Below are positions 62,575 to 64,000 of a stretch of DNA of 64,000 bases, one piece after another. Source of the stretch: Tilletiaria anomala UBC 951 (taxonomy: Eukaryota); the NCBI RefSeq assembly GCF_000711695.1, contig NW_013547014.1, forward strand, positions 124,001 to 188,000, written 5' to 3'. A program made the translations under genes and the position numbers. How positions within the stretch are numbered: position 1 is the first letter of the stretch; every line of letters begins with the position of its first letter. The notes beneath the pieces are model-generated. The model did not search any database, was not told where the DNA came from, and saw only the letters and a program-made list of their open reading frames with translations.

Positions 62575-63783
62575 ATGCCCCCGCTCTCAAGAAGCGCCAC
62601 CGCATCAACACCAAGCGAAACGTCAGCGTATGGCTTCTCCGACCCGGGCCCCGCCCACGGCCTTCCGCCTAGCACGACCGTCTGCATCCGACGGCATTTG
62701 CAACAGCACCGCTGCCACTGCTCGAGCTCGCGGAACGAGCAAACCTCAAGCGACAGCAGCAGCGGCGATCAACACGCCACCCCCGCGCTCGAAACGTCTC
62801 GTGTGCCTTTTGTAGACGGCACCTCTGCCAGCGTTGGCAGCGGTAAAAGCAATGGCAGCGGTGGAGACAATTTGGAGCGTGGCGCCAGCGCGGGTGCAGC
62901 GGCGATGTCGACCCCCGGAGCAGCAGTGGCAGAGACATCAAGAGGGCTCATCCTCTCGCCCTGCTCGGCATTGCTAGCGCGAGACTACGATGAAGAGGCG
63001 GGTGCGCAGCCGAATGCCGAGTCCAACCGCACTGCCGGCCCTCCGCACGTCTACATCCACGTGCACTCGAACTGCGCGGGGGGAGTGCCCACGACCGTGG
63101 CCGCGAACGGCGGGCGGTATGTCCGGCATGCAGACGCCCAGAGCGAGCTGAAGCGCTACGCTGCGTGGAACGCCATGGGGCGCGAGTGGGCTCGACGGCA
63201 GCGTGTGCTGCTGGGTGTCTACCACAGCGACGTGGACCGCGCTGTTGCAGGGTATGACGACCTGGCTGCTGCAAAGTCGCTTCCTGTTCTTCAGCAGCAG
63301 GTACAGCAGCCGCAGGTCACCTTGCCTCTGCAAGCGACACCTTCCGCTTCCGCTTCCTCCCTTGGGATCGCCGGCAGCGATGTCTCACTGCTCAGTCCAT
63401 CGCGACACAGCACGGGCATGCGCATGAGCCTGAGCCTCGTGTCATCCACATCTTCCTCCTCCACCGGCACTTGCACCCTCGCCCAGGCCGGCCCGCACAT
63501 GCACGTCAGCACGCAGAGCAGCATCATCACCAACAGCAGCAGCAGCAGCGATGGGGGCGGCGGCGGCGGGAACACAACCAAGCACCTCGCAGCAGAAGCA
63601 GCCGCCGCGACGCGCCTGCGCAGTCTCGGCAGCATGCTGACGTCCTTCGACATCCTGCTCGAAGGGCGCAGCGCCTCTTTCGGCGGGCTCAGCGCGCTTG
63701 TGCACAGCGCCGACGAGCTCCGCACCTCCCTCGACAGCTTGCTCAATCTGCGTGACGCCCGCACCCAGGCGAGCGTTTCTTAA
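62575..63783 (+). CDS. Hypothetical S/A/G-rich protein with a C-terminal predicted helical segment
   Basis: About 400-codon open frame with GC-rich third positions, ending before a T-rich 3' region. No family recognised and start uncertain. Confidence 0.55.
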   Translation: MPPLSRSATASTPSETSAYGFSDPGPAHGLPPSTTVCIRRHLQQHRCHCSSSRNEQTSSDSSSGDQHATPALETSRVPFVDGTSASVGSGKSNGSGGDNLERGASAGAAAMSTPGAAVAETSRGLILSPCSALLARDYDEEAGAQPNAESNRTAGPPHVYIHVHSNCAGGVPTTVAANGGRYVRHADAQSELKRYAAWNAMGREWARRQRVLLGVYHSDVDRAVAGYDDLAAAKSLPVLQQQVQQPQVTLPLQATPSASASSLGIAGSDVSLLSPSRHSTGMRMSLSLVSSTSSSSTGTCTLAQAGPHMHVSTQSSIITNSSSSSDGGGGGGNTTKHLAAEAAAATRLRSLGSMLTSFDILLEGRSASFGGLSALVHSADELRTSLDSLLNLRDARTQASVS

Positions 63784-64000
63784 TGACGATACGACGCGGC
63801 GAAGTTGGCCGAGGAAGGGGTTTCTTTGGGTTTGCTTTCGTTCGATCTGCACTATTTTTGGGTTTTTGTGGGATACAGTGATTTTGTTGTACTATCGTAG
63901 GGACGAAACACGCACACAGAATACAACACTGTTGTTCGCTTGTTATGGTTACGATAGTCAAGATGGTTGCGCTACAATCATAATTCCCCGGACGCGCCTG

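Noticed and set aside
1..64000. tRNA, rRNA, snoRNA, CRISPR array, secondary-metabolite cluster or mating-type locus
   Set aside because: I recognised no cloverleaf, rRNA segment, repeat-spacer array, PKS/NRPS/terpene backbone gene, pheromone/receptor or homeodomain gene. Small ncRNAs cannot be excluded without a covariance-model search.

Overview
Gene-dense, intron-containing fungal nuclear DNA with short GT-AG introns and CTRAC/CTRAY branch points. Gene content and protein style suggest a basidiomycete, probably Ustilaginomycotina (inference). About 19 protein-coding genes are present, mostly conserved housekeeping: MED13 (5' end outside the window), EAF7, RQC1/TCF25, HEM12, SPT4, CBP80, CPA2, a class-3 lipase, PEX2, MYG1, ASE1, NUD1/Cdc11-like, MDM12, TFC4, a forkhead TF, an MFS sugar porter, a C8orf82/UPF0598 homologue, an M20 carboxypeptidase and a low-complexity orphan ORF. 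Many are arranged head-to-head. Two gene-free gaps break the pattern. The ~22.9-28.9 kb gap holds a heavily decayed Ty1/copia element (recoverable only across frameshifts) plus an unidentified decayed ORF. The ~32.8-34.6 kb gap may hold a tyrosine-recombinase (DIRS/Ngaro-like) relic. Genes right of ~54 kb look more GC-rich at third positions, so the gaps may mark a centromere or pericentromere. Micro-exons interrupt key motifs in MYG1 and the sugar porter, and TFC4 has a GC-AG intron. No clearly novel multi-gene system was demonstrated. All calls come from reading motifs by eye, with no database search.
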